Positions 1-12,388 of a stretch of 64,000 bases of DNA are shown in pieces. Source of the stretch: Azolla caroliniana (lineage: Eukaryota; Plantae; Polypodiophyta); NCBI GenBank assembly GCA_043228905.1, contig JBHGNT010000013.1:21142001-21206000 (forward strand), read 5' to 3'. A program made the translations under genes and the position numbers. The notes under the pieces are model-generated. The model was given only the letters and a program-made list of their open reading frames with translations. It searched no databases and was not told where the DNA came from. Every line of letters begins with the position of its first letter. Position 1 is the stretch's first letter.

Positions 1-585
1 ATAGTGGGGCGCTACCAATGCCACCTGTGAAGCCACTTGGCTTTGGCAACTGCTGCAAGATCTCCAGATCGAGGTGCCGACCTCAATCTTAATGTACTGT
101 GACAACATAAGTAACATACAGCTCGCCAAGAACCCCGTATTCCATGCTCGAACAAAGCACATAGAAGTACATTATCACTTCGTGCATGAGCGGGTCTTGA
201 GCAGTGAAGTCGAAGTTCGGTATGTTCAGACGCATCAGCAAGTTGCAGACATCTTCGCCAAACTGCTCATATCAGACAAGTAGTAGCACTTCACCGAAAT
301 GCTTGGTGTTCAGCATCTCGACATGCCGCACTTTAGGGGGAGAACGGGCAAAGGCAAAGAAACTGGTGATGGCACCAGACAAGGAACCGGAAAGGGAAGA
401 ACCAACAAAGGGGGAGACAAGAGGAAAAAGGAAGCCGAGTCGACGAAGGAAGTTGGCACATCCGAAGAAGTCGGAACGAGCGACAATGGTTGTAGAGCAA
501 GAAGGACATAGGCGACCTTGCGCAATGATCTGGTTTTCTTCCTCGATGAGGCACCCAAGGTGCGTAAACCGTACTTTGCATCCTT
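1..585 (+). mobile_element. Copia RNase H/3' fragment joined to an inverted protease-region fragment; near-duplicate of ~3178-3755
   Basis: ORF 74..283 YCDNIS...NPVFHARTKHIEVHYHFV is the Copia RNase H C-terminus; the sequence aligns by eye with 3178-3755. Confidence 0.85.
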
Positions 586-906
586 TACACTTATGAGCAA
601 CACAAGATGGGGGATAATTAACTCTATATTAAATTAGCATTATCATCTTCAAATACAAAAATACCTACAATGAGGTATATATAGATCTCATGTGCAAGGG
701 TGCACATGTGTGAGGATAATATAGGTACAAAACTGTAAGTCCTATATTAAATGTACTTGGGAGTGGAGGATCTAAATATCCCACTTAGGTACAAGGTCCT
801 AGTTAAGGCGTTATAGTCAACACTTCTAACTAGATTCTATCTAGGTAACTACAAAGCTACATGGTTGACTAACTAACTAAACTAAGTTGAGCTTGATTTC
901 TCAACA
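586..906 (-). mobile_element. Truncated 3' LTR of a minus-strand Copia (same family as LTRs 5700-6134 and 16005-16502)
   Basis: tacacttatgagcaacacaagatggggg...gcttgatttctcaaca matches ~5815-6134; a PPT-like cctcctcaagct follows once the inserted solo LTR is removed. Confidence 0.8.
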
Positions 907-909
907 TGC

Positions 910-1936
910 TGTCGTGAAGATCCGTCACTAAGCGCGGATTGTGAGGCGGAACCACCGGGGTCCTGGACCAGAAGGATTCGAAGTTGGCACAAGGTTTAGC
1001 GAGATAGTATCTAACATAGATTGAGAGGGAGAGAAATCGAGATTAAACGCTTGACTTTAGATTGAGAGAGATTGAAATGGCGAGAGAGAGATATTGCGAT
1101 CAAGATTAAATGCTTGACATTAGATTTGAGAGACAAGATATATCATCAATTGGATGACAAATTTTCTTCTTATTAAATTCTTGAATAGTACATTAATACA
1201 TTACATCATACCCCTTTTCACTTTTATATCCTCTTTTATAGATGCCCTCATGCATATGATTCAGGTGATGCATGTTTGCCATTTGGCGCTCATGCGTTAC
1301 ATGTGATGCATGATAATCATGTCACTCATTTAAGGTCTCATGTATGAGAATTTACATGTAAAACTACAATAATAAAAATATAATTTTAAGAAAATGTCTT
1401 GGCTTAGTGGTAAGCCTATTGACTCTCAACTTGGAGGTCATCGGTCTAATCATCTATCTATCTGGTCATCAGTCACCGTTGCCAAATGCCGTCGGATGCT
1501 GCCGGATGTTGGTTGTGGGCTCCATCGCCGGTCCAGTTTTGGTTGGCCAAAACCTATACAAGTAGTTAGGCCACACCCGCTCATCCAATTAGCTTAATTC
1601 AAGTCACCTTGAACTCTCTATACTCCACACATCAACACAAAGATAATAGCTTTTGCTCAGCCTTATATACGGTGAGATCCTTATTTGTGGGACATCTCAT
1701 AGTTTTATCTTTCTCTTTTCCATTACAAACTTCTTACCCACATAACTTGAGACTTAGATGTTTGTTTCTTATGTAGTAAAGTGCATTTGAAAGCTCTTGA
1801 AGACCTCCATCGTTTTGTTCTAAAATATTAAAATTATTTAAAATTAGTATCTTCACTATTATTTTTTTATGCGATTCACACTCGATTTCGTATGTTTTAT
1901 GCGATTTTCACACCATTGCCGAAAATCTTCACGACA
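910..1936 (-). mobile_element. Solo LTR related to the Gypsy LTRs at 21124 and 27657
   Basis: Starts TGTCGTGAAGATCCGTCACT and ends GAAAATCTTCACGACA, the same termini as 27657-28666; flanks ATGC/TCGC look like a degenerate 4-bp TSD. Confidence 0.85.
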
Positions 1937-4900
1937 TCGCCTCCTCAAGCTCCGTGCGGCTTCCGTTAAACCTTCAACTTTCTTCGCCGTGGCAATCTTG
2001 GGTTCTCCCCCTGAAGACGGTGACGAAGGCTTGTAGTGTGTGGGCAAAGGCCGACTACTTCCATCCATCATGGGGTACGAGCCGCTTTGCTGGAGCTCAC
2101 GGGCTTTTGTTCGGCCGCTACCTTCATCGTGAAGGCATAGTGATGGGCCATGTACTCGTTGTAGCCGAGCCGAGTGACAAGGTTCTTAGCTCTAGATGAG
2201 CACCGAAGATTTTCGCTCGCCAATGTCAGCGCCTTCTTTACTCCGGGTGTCCGCATGATGGGTACACCAAACTCACTGTCTACTGAGCGAGCTGACGCAT
2301 CTTATTCAATGTTGTCGTGGTGGTCGACTTCGTATTTGGGCATCTTACCTTTGCCTTTGTCCAAGGTCGTACTTAGCCGAGTGACGGGGTTCTTAGTTCT
2401 AGATGAAGATCGAAGATTTTCGCCTCGCCAAGATTGTCGTCCTCAACGAGTCAAATCATTGTACGAGGCTGCCCAAGCATACTTGAACCATCTCTTCTTT
2501 GTCGACATTTATTTTGATGGAGCCAAGAGAGTCACAAAGGCTCTTGATTCTGCCGGTGTAGTCCAACACGAACATGTCTTTTTGCCGAATGTTGTTCAAC
2601 TCTAGTCGTAGTTGAATCACGAGATGGGTCGAATCGACCTCTTCTACCACCTCAACCTCGTCCTCATCAACCATCCGAATACAAGAAGAACATTTGTCAT
2701 TCCAATGTCTTGGTCTTGGTTTGGACGTGGTTCTCTTCAACCATTAGCATTGATTGAAGGTCAAAGAACGAAGGAGGATTTTCCCTCCGCAAGATTGTCG
2801 CCCTCAACGAGTTGAATCGTTGTGCGAGGCCACCCAAGCATACTTGAACCATCTCGTCTTCATCGATGTTTATTTTGATGGAGCCAACCAACATCAGTTA
2901 TCCGGTCGGTGTGATCAACCAATTCAGGAAGAAGCGAACCGTGGAGCACCTTTTGTGCGCGCATCGAATATTGCGGTATGTGAGTGGCACGAAGGACCGG
3001 GGACTAATATACCGGCATGGTATAACTGAAGAGCTAGTCCGATACACAGATGCCGACTGGGTTGGTGATGCATCGGATCGCCGATCCACCTCCGGTTACA
3101 TGTTTTCTCTAGGTAGCGTGGTTGTTGCGTGGAGCAGCAAAAAGCAGCCAACAGCGGCTCTATCGAGCATTGAGGCTGAATACCGGGGCGCTACCAATGC
3201 CACCTGTGAAGCCATTTGGCCTTGGCAACTGCTGCGAGATCTCCGGATTGAGGTGCCGATCTCGATCCTAATGTACTGCGACAACATAAGCAGCATACAG
3301 CTCGCCAAGAACCCCGTATTCCATGCTCGAACAAAGCACATAGAAGTACATTATCACTTCGTGTGTGAGCGGGTCTTGAGCGGTGAATTCGAAGTTCGGT
3401 ATGTTCAGACAGATCGGCAGGTTGTCGACATCTTCGCCAAACTACTTGTATTAGACACGTAGCAACACTTCACCGAAATGCTTGGTGTTCAGCATCTCGA
3501 CGTGCCGCAGTTTAGGGGAAAAACGGGCAAAGGCAAAGAAACTGGTGATGGCACCGGACAAGGAACCGGAAAGGGAAGAACCAACAAAGGGGGAGACAAG
3601 AGGAAAAAGGAAGCCCAGTCGACGAAGGAAGTTGGCACATCCGGACCAAGCAGCAACGACGGCAGAGTCAAGAAGGATAGAGCCGACCTTGCGCGATGAT
3701 CTGGCTTTCTTCCTCGATGAGGCACCCAAGGTGCGGAAACCGTACTTGCATCCCTTGGGCGACAATTTGTCCGACTGACACCAAATTCTTCGTGATTGTC
3801 AGAACATGTAAAACATTCATCAACTTTCCCTTTTGATCGACATGACTCAAAGGGACTTCTCTGACATGCTCGATCAGGTGAGGACTGTCATCTCCGGTTT
3901 CGACAACTCCCGGTTGCTTCGGTTTCTCCTAATATGAGAATCACTCTTCGTGGCTTGTCATATGGTTAGATGCTCCAGAGTCAACTTACCACACTTCCTT
4001 CGATATGGAAGTGGTCTTCTTCATCGAGTTCGCCTTATGTTTCATTACGAAGGTTGACCCTTTTCCAGTATTTCTGGTTCCGGATCCTTCTGATCCTTTA
4101 GCGTACTGCGAGTGTTGCCGACTCCCTTGTCCGGCCTTGCCGGATACAGATTTTTCTGAATCAGTGCTCTTCTTCCAACACTCGCTCTCCCGGTGGCCTT
4201 TCTTGCCACAATACCAGCATTTCATTTCGGTTTCGGACACCGCCTTGACTCCCCCTACTTGTGAAGGGTCTGGAACTACACTCGGCACTATCTCCATGCC
4301 TCCGATTCTGCTCTTGTCATCGATTAAGGTGACGTACTATCGGCATCTGCCGATTGGCGATGTTTGAGTTGGTCCCTATACATCCGAGTGTAAGATCTTG
4401 AGGAGGCCTTTGTTCGGCATGGAAGCTCCCCCATCTTCCGAAGGTTCCTTGATGGCTTCCTTCATCTTTATGTCAAAGATTTGAGGTCTCTTCGTGAGAT
4501 GGGTCAAATCGACCTATTTTACCACCTCGACCTCGTTCTCGGCCACCATCCAAATTCGAGAAGAACATTTGTCCTTCCGATGTCTTGGTTTTGGTTTGGA
4601 CGTGGTTCTCTTCAACCATTAGCATTGATTGAAGGTCAAAGAACGAAGGAGGATTTTGTCTCGCCAAGATTGTCGTCCTCAATGAGTCGAATCGTTGTAC
4701 GAGGCTGCCCAAGCATATACTTGAACCATCTAGTCTTTGTCGACGTTTATTTTGATGGAGCCAAGAGAGTCACAAATGCTCTTGATTTTGGCAGTGTAGT
4801 CCGAAACGAACATGTCTTTTTGCCGAATGTTGTTTAACTCTTGTCGTAGTGGAATCGTGAGATGGGTCGAATCGACCTCTTCTACCACCTCAACCTCGTC

Positions 4901-5699
4901 CTCGGCCACCATCCGAATTCGAGAAGAACATTTGTCCTTCCAATGTCCTGGTTTTGGTTTAGACGTGGTTCTCTTCAACCATTAGCATTGATTGAAGGTC
5001 AAAGAACGAAGGAGGATTTTCCCTCCGCAAGATTGCCGCCCTCAACGAGTTGAATAGTTGTGCGAGGCCACCCAAGCATACTTGAACCATCTCGTCTTCG
5101 TCGACATTTATTTTGATAGAGCCAAGCGAGTCACAAATGCTCTTCATTTTGGCGGTGTAGTCGGACACGAACATGTCTTTTTGCCGGATATTGTTCAACT
5201 CTTGTCGCAGTTGAAGCTTTCAAGCAGTTGTGTTCGCGGCGAACATTTTCTTTAAGTTCGCCCATGCTTCTTTAGGCGTCTTGGCATCTCGAATGTGGCT
5301 AAGCATGTGGTCGTGGAAACATGTTGCCAAGCAATACATGACTCGACTCACCGCTTGCTCCCATGTTGCGTGGTCGGAGTTCTTTGAGTCAGGTTGATTT
5401 TCTTGTGCGTCGTTGATGTAGCTCCAATACCCTTGGCCGGCAAGGTATTGGTTCATCTTGTACTCCCACGATGAATAATTGCTCCGGTCTAGCTTTTCAC
5501 AAGGGAGCGAGCTACCCATTTGTGTGTTCATTTTGATGTAGTGTCTTCCTTTTTCGATTTCCTTTGCTCGATCACTTACTTGTGCTACATAGTGGCACTA
5601 CGGTAGCGCATCGCTAGATTTTGTCGTCGTCATCTCGATTATACAATCACGGAGTCAGGTGGGCTTAGTGGATTTTCTAAACCACACTCTCTGATACCA
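1937..5699 (-). mobile_element. Rearranged internal region of a minus-strand Copia (gag, zinc knuckle, protease; repeated gag segments; inverted RNase H block ~2893-3685)
   Basis: gag ORF 5220..5531; CWYCGKKGHRESEC knuckle in 3986..4297; VDSGASNHM near 3960-3985; plus-strand YTDADW...RRSTSGY RNase H in 2866..3462; tRNA-Met PBS (ctctgatacca on +) ending 5699. Confidence 0.85.
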
Positions 5700-6134
5700 T
5701 GTTAAGAATTCGGTAATTAAGCAAGGGTTAATTAGTACCTAATTATGTGATTAAGTTAAGTGGAAGATTAAGTGATATGTGTGTGTATGTGTGTGAGCGG
5801 AAGAGAGAGAGAAGTACACTTATGCGCAACACAAGATGGGGGATGATTAACTCTATATTAAATTAGCATTATCATCATCAAATACAAAAATACCTACAAT
5901 GAGGTATATATAGATCTCATGTGCAAGGGTGCACGTGTGAGGATAATATAGGTACAAAAGTATAAGTCCTATATTAAATGTACTTGGGAGTGCGGGATCT
6001 AGAATATCCCACTTAAGTACACGGTCCTAGTTAAGGCGTTGTAGTCAACACTTCTAACTAGAGTCTATCTAGGTAACAACGAAGTTACATGGTTGACTAA
6101 CTAACTAAACTAAGTTGAGCTTGATCTCTAAACA
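5700..6134 (-). mobile_element. 5' LTR of the minus-strand Copia
   Basis: TGTTAAG...AAACA termini; abuts the PBS; matches 586-906 and 16005-16502. Confidence 0.85.
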
Positions 6135-6469
6135 TTAAGTTTAAGAAACTTCAAAGTATTGTATATGATTCACTTCCTTGTAAATGTACTTAAAAAATCA
6201 TGTCTACGTTAAGTATGGAATTCCAAAAGGAATATGTGGATGTGACATGCATTGGAGGTTTGGTTATGATAGCCATTGGGGAGATAGAAGAACAATTTCT
6301 GCATCATGTTATGATGGATCTCAATGGTTTTGAGAAGGATAGCAATAATTATCTAGTTATTCTAGAATATGGTAGAGAAAAACATGGTTGTAACATACGT
6401 AGCATACCGTACGTGTAAATTATGTATGCTATGTATTTTATAAGTATTCTAAAAAAAAAATATAAGTTC

Positions 6470-6605
6470 TTAGAATACGTATTTAAAGGTAAAATACGTT
6501 GAATACCGTTGACTACGTTGAGTACATTTTGAATACGTTGAGTACGTTTTGAATACGTTTTGAATATGTTTTGAATATGTTGAGTACGTGTTGAATACGT
6601 TTTGA
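6470..6605. repeat. Short degenerate tandem repeat (GARTACGTT-like ~10-bp units)
   Basis: Repeated gaatacgtt/gagtacgtt/gaatatgtt units. Confidence 0.6.
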
Positions 6606-6639
6606 GAGAGACTGACATATGTGTGTTTCAAGAAACAAA

Positions 6640-7532
6640 ATCATTCTGACTGTGGGATTTCCCAAAGGGATGGAGTAAGGATGTTGTATTTATTTCAACA
6701 TTTGAATGTATAATACCTTGGATACGTATCTATTGGAGCTTGGTAATTTTTGTTTCTTAATTTTGGAATCGGGCAACTTGGTAAGAGATCCATTGATGAA
6801 TGTGGGTATGGTAAGGGAAACTAAATCAATGAATTTAAGTCCGAAAGGTGATTTGGTGTACTAAGAAATTCGTTAAACTTCCATTTGTCCTAGATTCCTC
6901 CAAAAGATGCAGACAGATGTTAACTCGCTGCATTGGCTCACCTAATGATTAAGACTACCTAACTAGACAGATGTAACTATAGCCATGACCCAAGATATTG
7001 ATAGTGTAATCAAAACTCCGTTGATTCTAAGGCTTTGCACTGGAAATTTCTCTTTTAGTTGGGAGACGGTCTTCCTCATAGCACTAATTGAATTTGATGC
7101 AATAGCGAGGTCATCAACATAGATCACCACGAACCATCAGACAGAACCACAAAAGTCCTTTCATTTCGTTGGTGATGACTCATTCGATTTGATTCGTCAT
7201 CATGCTTGGTTGATATTGGCCATTGCTATAATATATATCCTTGTTTAAAATACAGAGGAAGCAAACACCCAAAGTACTCAACATCCTAGGGCTCGAATAT
7301 TTTTCAAGGGCATCTAGTGAAGTAATCGTATAGAAGAATATCGGAAATTTTGCTAGAATCAAACTAGGTCCAATTTTGAAATCGATGATAGAGATATGAA
7401 TGATGCAATGTGAGACTTCTGATACATGCTGTAACATCATTGTGATCCACTTTCGTGTCACATACAACTTACAAGTTTTGTTTGAATCTGAATGTCCTCA
7501 GATATTTTCTGAGTTGCCCACAAAAAAACCAA
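6640..7532 (-). mobile_element. Old degenerate Copia pol remnant (target of the intact Copia)
   Basis: Reverse strand near 7105-7130 reads VIYVDDLAI (RT catalytic motif); many stops. Confidence 0.6.
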
Positions 7533-7599
7533 TAATATGTTGGGATTTCGGTCCCTCCGGATGGGATGTCCGGAGATGAATGACGGCAAGCCCGGTTGC

Positions 7600-7787
7600 G
7601 GTTACGGAGCCGGATGATGAAGACCCCGGCTACGGTGCCGGATGACGAAGACCCGGCTACGGAGCCGGATGATGAAGACCCCGGCTACGGTGCCGGATGA
7701 CGAAGACCCGGCTACGGAGCCGGATGATGAAGACCCCGGCTACGGAGCCGGATGACGAAGACCCCGGCTACGGAGCCGGATGATGAA
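7600..7787 (+). repeat. Tandem 27/28-bp repeat (~6.8 copies) in U3 of the Copia LTR; repeated in the 3' LTR (~12461-12648)
   Basis: Units GGCTACGG(A/T)GCCGGATGA(T/C)GAAGACCC(C). Confidence 0.95.
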
Positions 7788-8314
7788 TGTACCCGGAGAG
7801 AGATCCGGATGTGGGGACATATTTGTGAATATGTTTGCCAAGGGCCCTTGAGGCTATATTTGTAAATAGCCCGAAAGTCATATGTGTATAAATATGACTT
7901 AGGGCAAACAGTTTAGTGTTGCTGCTTATTTTTCTGTTTTTCCACTCAAGGGGAGTGAAGCGAGAGCAGCCGTGAGAGAGAGAGAGAGATAGAGAGCGAG
8001 AGACGAAGAGGTAGACGCCTCTGTGTATTTCCGCCGCCAGTGGCGAGGACAGCGAGCTCAAGGTCGTCGCCTTGCAGCTCGCCATTGTATACTTCTCTGT
8101 ATAGTGTTTGGTTTGGAGTCTTGTACTCCCGTGGTTTTTCCCGTCTAGGGTTTTCCACGTTAATCCCTGTGTACTCGCGTTTTATTTTGTTTCTCCGTGT
8201 GGTTCCTATTTTCTGCTCCATTGACCCGCGATTAATCGGCTGTGGCCGACGGAAGAAGGTGAATAGAAGGTTCGATTCCCTACAAACTAGTATCAGAGCG
8301 AGCTGTTGCAGAAA

Positions 8315-11300
8315 ATGGAAGGCGGCGGCAGCGGGCAGCCGGGAATGATGGTGCTGAATGCGCTGAACTACGCCGACTGGAAGATCAAGATGGAGGATCT
8401 TCTGATTGTTCGGGACCTGTACGAACCGATTGACAGGTCGGAAATACCGAAAGGGGTACTTGAGTCGGAGTGGAAGCTCCTGAACCGGAAAGCCGTAGCG
8501 ACGATCCGACAATATGTCGATGTGAGTGTCCTACAACATGTGGCGAACGACACCAACGCATATGAGATGTGGAAGAAGCTGTCGGGCCTCTACGAGAGGA
8601 AGAATGCCTTGAACCGGACCTCCCTGATGAGGAAGATAGTGAACCTCAAGTACCGGGACGGCGAGAGTATGGTGGAACACGTAAGCACGTTCATGGGATT
8701 CGTGAACCAGCTTGCGGCGATCAAGTTCCCGTTGGAGGATGCAATGCAAGCCATCATCCTGATGTGTACATTGCCGGACAGCTGGGAGAACTTGGTGGTG
8801 ACTCTCAGCACCTCCTGCACCGAAGATAACTTGTCCTTACAAACGGTAAAGACAAGTATTTTGAACGAAGAAGCGCGTCGGAGAGATAAAGAACCGGCCT
8901 CCGACACGAAGGCGCTGCTTACCGAATCGGATCGGGGAAGACAATGGAACCGGAGTCCGCAAAGACGGGAGAAGTCGGGGACCCAGTCGCAGTCAAGAGG
9001 AAGGCCTACATGCTTCCACTGTGGGAAGCCGGGGCACTTCCGAAAGAATTGTCGGCATTACCGAAAAGACAACGGAGCCGCCGACACCGATTCGAAGAAG
9101 TCACCGGAGAGAAACGGTGCATACCGGGGAGCCACGGACCGGAGAGGTCCGGATCGGCGAGGGCAGGACCGGAAAGGAACGACGGCACTCGCGGCAAGTG
9201 AGGAAGAAATCATGCTCATCACCGAAGAAGGTGAGCTAAACGTTGCCGGCGATGAGACGACCTGGGTGGTCGATTCCGGAGCATCGTTCCACCTGACCCC
9301 GGAGAGAAGATACTTCTCATCCTACACAGCCGGTGAGCACGGCTGTGTTCGGATGGGAAATGAAGGTAAGTGCCGGATTGCCGGCATAGGAGACGTGTGG
9401 CTGATGACATCAACCGGATGCAAGATGCTGCTGAAGGATGTGCGACACGTTCCGGAGGTCCGATTGAACCTGATCTCGGCCGGGAGGCTAGATGATGAAG
9501 GCTACACGGGGAGCATCCGGAACGGTGTCATGAAGTTCAGCAAAGGGAGCCTGATAGTGGCTCGGGCCCGGAAAGACAACACACTGTACCTGATGAATGC
9601 CCGGTTATGTCCGGAAGAGCTGAATGTGGCAGCCGACACTGCCGGTGAGCTGTGGCACAAGAGACTGTGCCACATGAGTGAGAAGGGGATGAAGAGGCTT
9701 GCAGAAGACAACCTCATTCCAGTGAAGCATGTGCACCTGGAGAAGTGCACCGACTGCCTGGCCGGTAAGCAAAACCGTACCTCCTTCCACTCAAGGCCAC
9801 CGACGAGACGTAGCGCACCATTGGAGTTGGTGCACACTGATGTGTGTCAGGTAGAAACGAAGTCACATGGCAGAGCCCAGTACTTCGTAACATTCATCGA
9901 TGATCACAGCCGGAAGCTGTGGACGGCACCGTTGAAGACAAAGGACCAAGTATTGTCCGTCTTCAAAGAACTCCACGCGAGAGTGGAAAGGGAATCCGGC
10001 AAGAAGCTGAAAGCGATACGAGCGGATAACGGAGGGGAATACCGAGGGCAGTTCCAGGAGTACTGTCGCTCGAAAGGAATCCGACTCGAGTTTACTGTGC
10101 CGAAGACGCCGGAACTGAACGGGCTGGCCGAGAGGATGAACCGGACCATAATGGAGAGGGTCCGGAGTATGCTGGCGCATGCTAAATTACCCAAGGGGTT
10201 TTGGGCTGAGGCAATGTCGATGGCGACATACGTGATAAACAGATCACCCTCAGTACCTTTGGACGGAGACACGCCGCAGAAAGTGTGGACCGGTAAGGAA
10301 GTGTCCTACCGGCATCTGAAGGTGTTCGGGTGTCTCGCATACGTGCATGTGGCAAAGGACCGGAGAGGAAAGCTAGATCCAAAGACCCGGCCATGCATAT
10401 TCCTCGGTTACGGCGACGACGAGTTCGGCTACCGAGTATGGGACCCGGTGGACAAGAAGATATTCAGGAGTCGAGACATCATCTTCATGGAGGACAAGAC
10501 ACTCGCCGACTGGGAGTCGGAGAAGAAGATGAAGAGCTCCAAGTCGACCGGTGAGGATCAACTCTACGAGGAGCAGTCCCGACCGGCAAGAGACCGGTTA
10601 GCACTCGAGGATCCGGCCGAAGACGGTGAAGAAACAGAACCGGCCGAAGAAGATGAAAATGATACCGGAACCGGCCCCGATCCCGAAATGGATTCGGATG
10701 AAGAAGAATCGGAAGAACCGGTTACCGAAGCTCCGGAACGAAGATATCCTCTAAGAGAGAGAAGGGCCCCCCGGAGATTTCCGGAACCAGAGCACGTGCT
10801 GCTAACCGACGAAGGGGAGCCGGAGAGCTTTGAAGAAGCAAAGCACGACACCCAGAGCTGTAGGTGGTTGAGTGCCATGCAGGACGAGATGGATTCCCTG
10901 CATGAGAACCACACATATGAACTTGTGGAGTTGCCGAAAGGAAAGCGGGCACTTCGAAACAAGTGGGTGTTCAAGCTGAAACCGGGAGATGCCGGAAACC
11001 CCCCGAGATACAAAGCCAGGATCGTGGTGAAGGGGTTTCAGCAGAAGAAGGGCGTCGACTTCGACGAGATATTTGCCCCGGTAGTGAAGATGACCTCCAT
11101 CCGGACGGTGCTGAGCATAGCGGCAAGCATGGACCTCGAGGTAGAACAGATGGACGTGAAGACGGCATTCCTTCACGGTGACCTCGAAGAAGAAATCTAC
11201 ATGCAGCAACCGGAAGGATTCGAGAAGAAAGGGAAGGAGCACCTGGTATGCCGGTTGAAGAAGAGCCTTTACGGACTGAAGCAGGCTCCCCGGCAATGGT

Positions 11301-12388
11301 ACCGGAAGTTCGACTCCTTCATGACCGACGAAGGGTACCACAAAACGCAGTCTGATCACTGCGTGTTTGTGAAGAAGTTCGAAGGAGGAGACTCTCTAAT
11401 ACTCCTCCTGTACGTGGACGACATGTTGATCGTCGGACGGGACCAGGTCAAGATACGGATGCTGAAGAAGGCTCTTCACCGAACCTTCTCAATGAAGGAC
11501 CTGGGTCCGGCGAGGCAAATACTAGGGATGCACATCATCCGGGACCGGAAGAAGAAGCAGTTGTGGCTGTCACAGGAGAAGTACGTGACAAAGGTGCTTC
11601 ACCGGTTCAACATGTCGGAAGCAAGACCGGTCGGGTCAACCCTCCCGGCAAACTGCAAGTTGTCCAGCAAGCAGAGCCCCAAGACAAAGGCTGAGAAAGA
11701 GGACATGATGAAAGTACCATATGCCTCTGCCGTCGGAAGCTTGATGTACGCAATGGTGTGTACAAGACCGGACATAGGATATGCAGTCGGAGTGGTTAGC
11801 CGGTACATGAGCAATCCCGGCAAAGAGCACTGGAACGCGGTCAAGTGGATACTCCGATACCTGAAGGGCACGGCAAACGTGTGCCTCCGATTCGGCTCCG
11901 GTAAGGCCGAACTCGACGGCTTTACTGATTCGGATATGTCGGCTGATGCAGATACTAGCCGGTCCACATCAGGGTATGTGATGACGTATGCAGGAGGAGC
12001 TGTTTCGTGGCAGTCGAGGCTGCAGAAGACGGTTGCGTTGTCAACCACGGAGGCGGAGTACATGGCGGCGGTTGAAGCCGGCAAGGAAATAATATGGATG
12101 AAGGACTTCATTAGAGAGCTCGGTATCCAGCAGGAGGAGTACCGACTCTACTGCGATAGTCAGAGTGCCATCCACCTTGCGAAGAACGCGGCCTACCATT
12201 CCCGGACGAAACACATCCAGCGAAGATATCACTGGATCCGGGAAAGGATAGAAGACAAGGAGTTCGTGCTGACGAAGATCCACACGGACGAGAACGGGTC
12301 GGATATGCTGACCAAGGTGCTCACACCCGACAAGCTGGAAGCATGCCGGAAGAGGGTCGGATTGGAGAGACATCCCATGCCGAAGTGA
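8315..12388 (+). CDS. Copia Gag-Pol polyprotein (Gag, CCHC, protease, integrase, RT, RNase H), 1357 aa from the first ATG
   Basis: Uninterrupted ORF with CFHCGKPGHFRKNC, VVDSGASFH, WHKRLCH/HTDV/DNGGEY integrase, LYVDD RT, FTDSD RNase H, in Copia order. Confidence 0.96.
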   Translation: MEGGGSGQPGMMVLNALNYADWKIKMEDLLIVRDLYEPIDRSEIPKGVLESEWKLLNRKAVATIRQYVDVSVLQHVANDTNAYEMWKKLSGLYERKNALNRTSLMRKIVNLKYRDGESMVEHVSTFMGFVNQLAAIKFPLEDAMQAIILMCTLPDSWENLVVTLSTSCTEDNLSLQTVKTSILNEEARRRDKEPASDTKALLTESDRGRQWNRSPQRREKSGTQSQSRGRPTCFHCGKPGHFRKNCRHYRKDNGAADTDSKKSPERNGAYRGATDRRGPDRRGQDRKGTTALAASEEEIMLITEEGELNVAGDETTWVVDSGASFHLTPERRYFSSYTAGEHGCVRMGNEGKCRIAGIGDVWLMTSTGCKMLLKDVRHVPEVRLNLISAGRLDDEGYTGSIRNGVMKFSKGSLIVARARKDNTLYLMNARLCPEELNVAADTAGELWHKRLCHMSEKGMKRLAEDNLIPVKHVHLEKCTDCLAGKQNRTSFHSRPPTRRSAPLELVHTDVCQVETKSHGRAQYFVTFIDDHSRKLWTAPLKTKDQVLSVFKELHARVERESGKKLKAIRADNGGEYRGQFQEYCRSKGIRLEFTVPKTPELNGLAERMNRTIMERVRSMLAHAKLPKGFWAEAMSMATYVINRSPSVPLDGDTPQKVWTGKEVSYRHLKVFGCLAYVHVAKDRRGKLDPKTRPCIFLGYGDDEFGYRVWDPVDKKIFRSRDIIFMEDKTLADWESEKKMKSSKSTGEDQLYEEQSRPARDRLALEDPAEDGEETEPAEEDENDTGTGPDPEMDSDEEESEEPVTEAPERRYPLRERRAPRRFPEPEHVLLTDEGEPESFEEAKHDTQSCRWLSAMQDEMDSLHENHTYELVELPKGKRALRNKWVFKLKPGDAGNPPRYKARIVVKGFQQKKGVDFDEIFAPVVKMTSIRTVLSIAASMDLEVEQMDVKTAFLHGDLEEEIYMQQPEGFEKKGKEHLVCRLKKSLYGLKQAPRQWYRKFDSFMTDEGYHKTQSDHCVFVKKFEGGDSLILLLYVDDMLIVGRDQVKIRMLKKALHRTFSMKDLGPARQILGMHIIRDRKKKQLWLSQEKYVTKVLHRFNMSEARPVGSTLPANCKLSSKQSPKTKAEKEDMMKVPYASAVGSLMYAMVCTRPDIGYAVGVVSRYMSNPGKEHWNAVKWILRYLKGTANVCLRFGSGKAELDGFTDSDMSADADTSRSTSGYVMTYAGGAVSWQSRLQKTVALSTTEAEYMAAVEAGKEIIWMKDFIRELGIQQEEYRLYCDSQSAIHLAKNAAYHSRTKHIQRRYHWIRERIEDKEFVLTKIHTDENGSDMLTKVLTPDKLEACRKRVGLERHPMPK

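Noticed and set aside
6383-6990. Possible second hAT MITE (CATGG... ends, TACG repeats)
   Set aside because: Putative TIRs match poorly and there is no TSD.
7600-7787. CRISPR-like 28-bp repeats
   Set aside because: Head-to-tail with no spacers; part of both LTRs.
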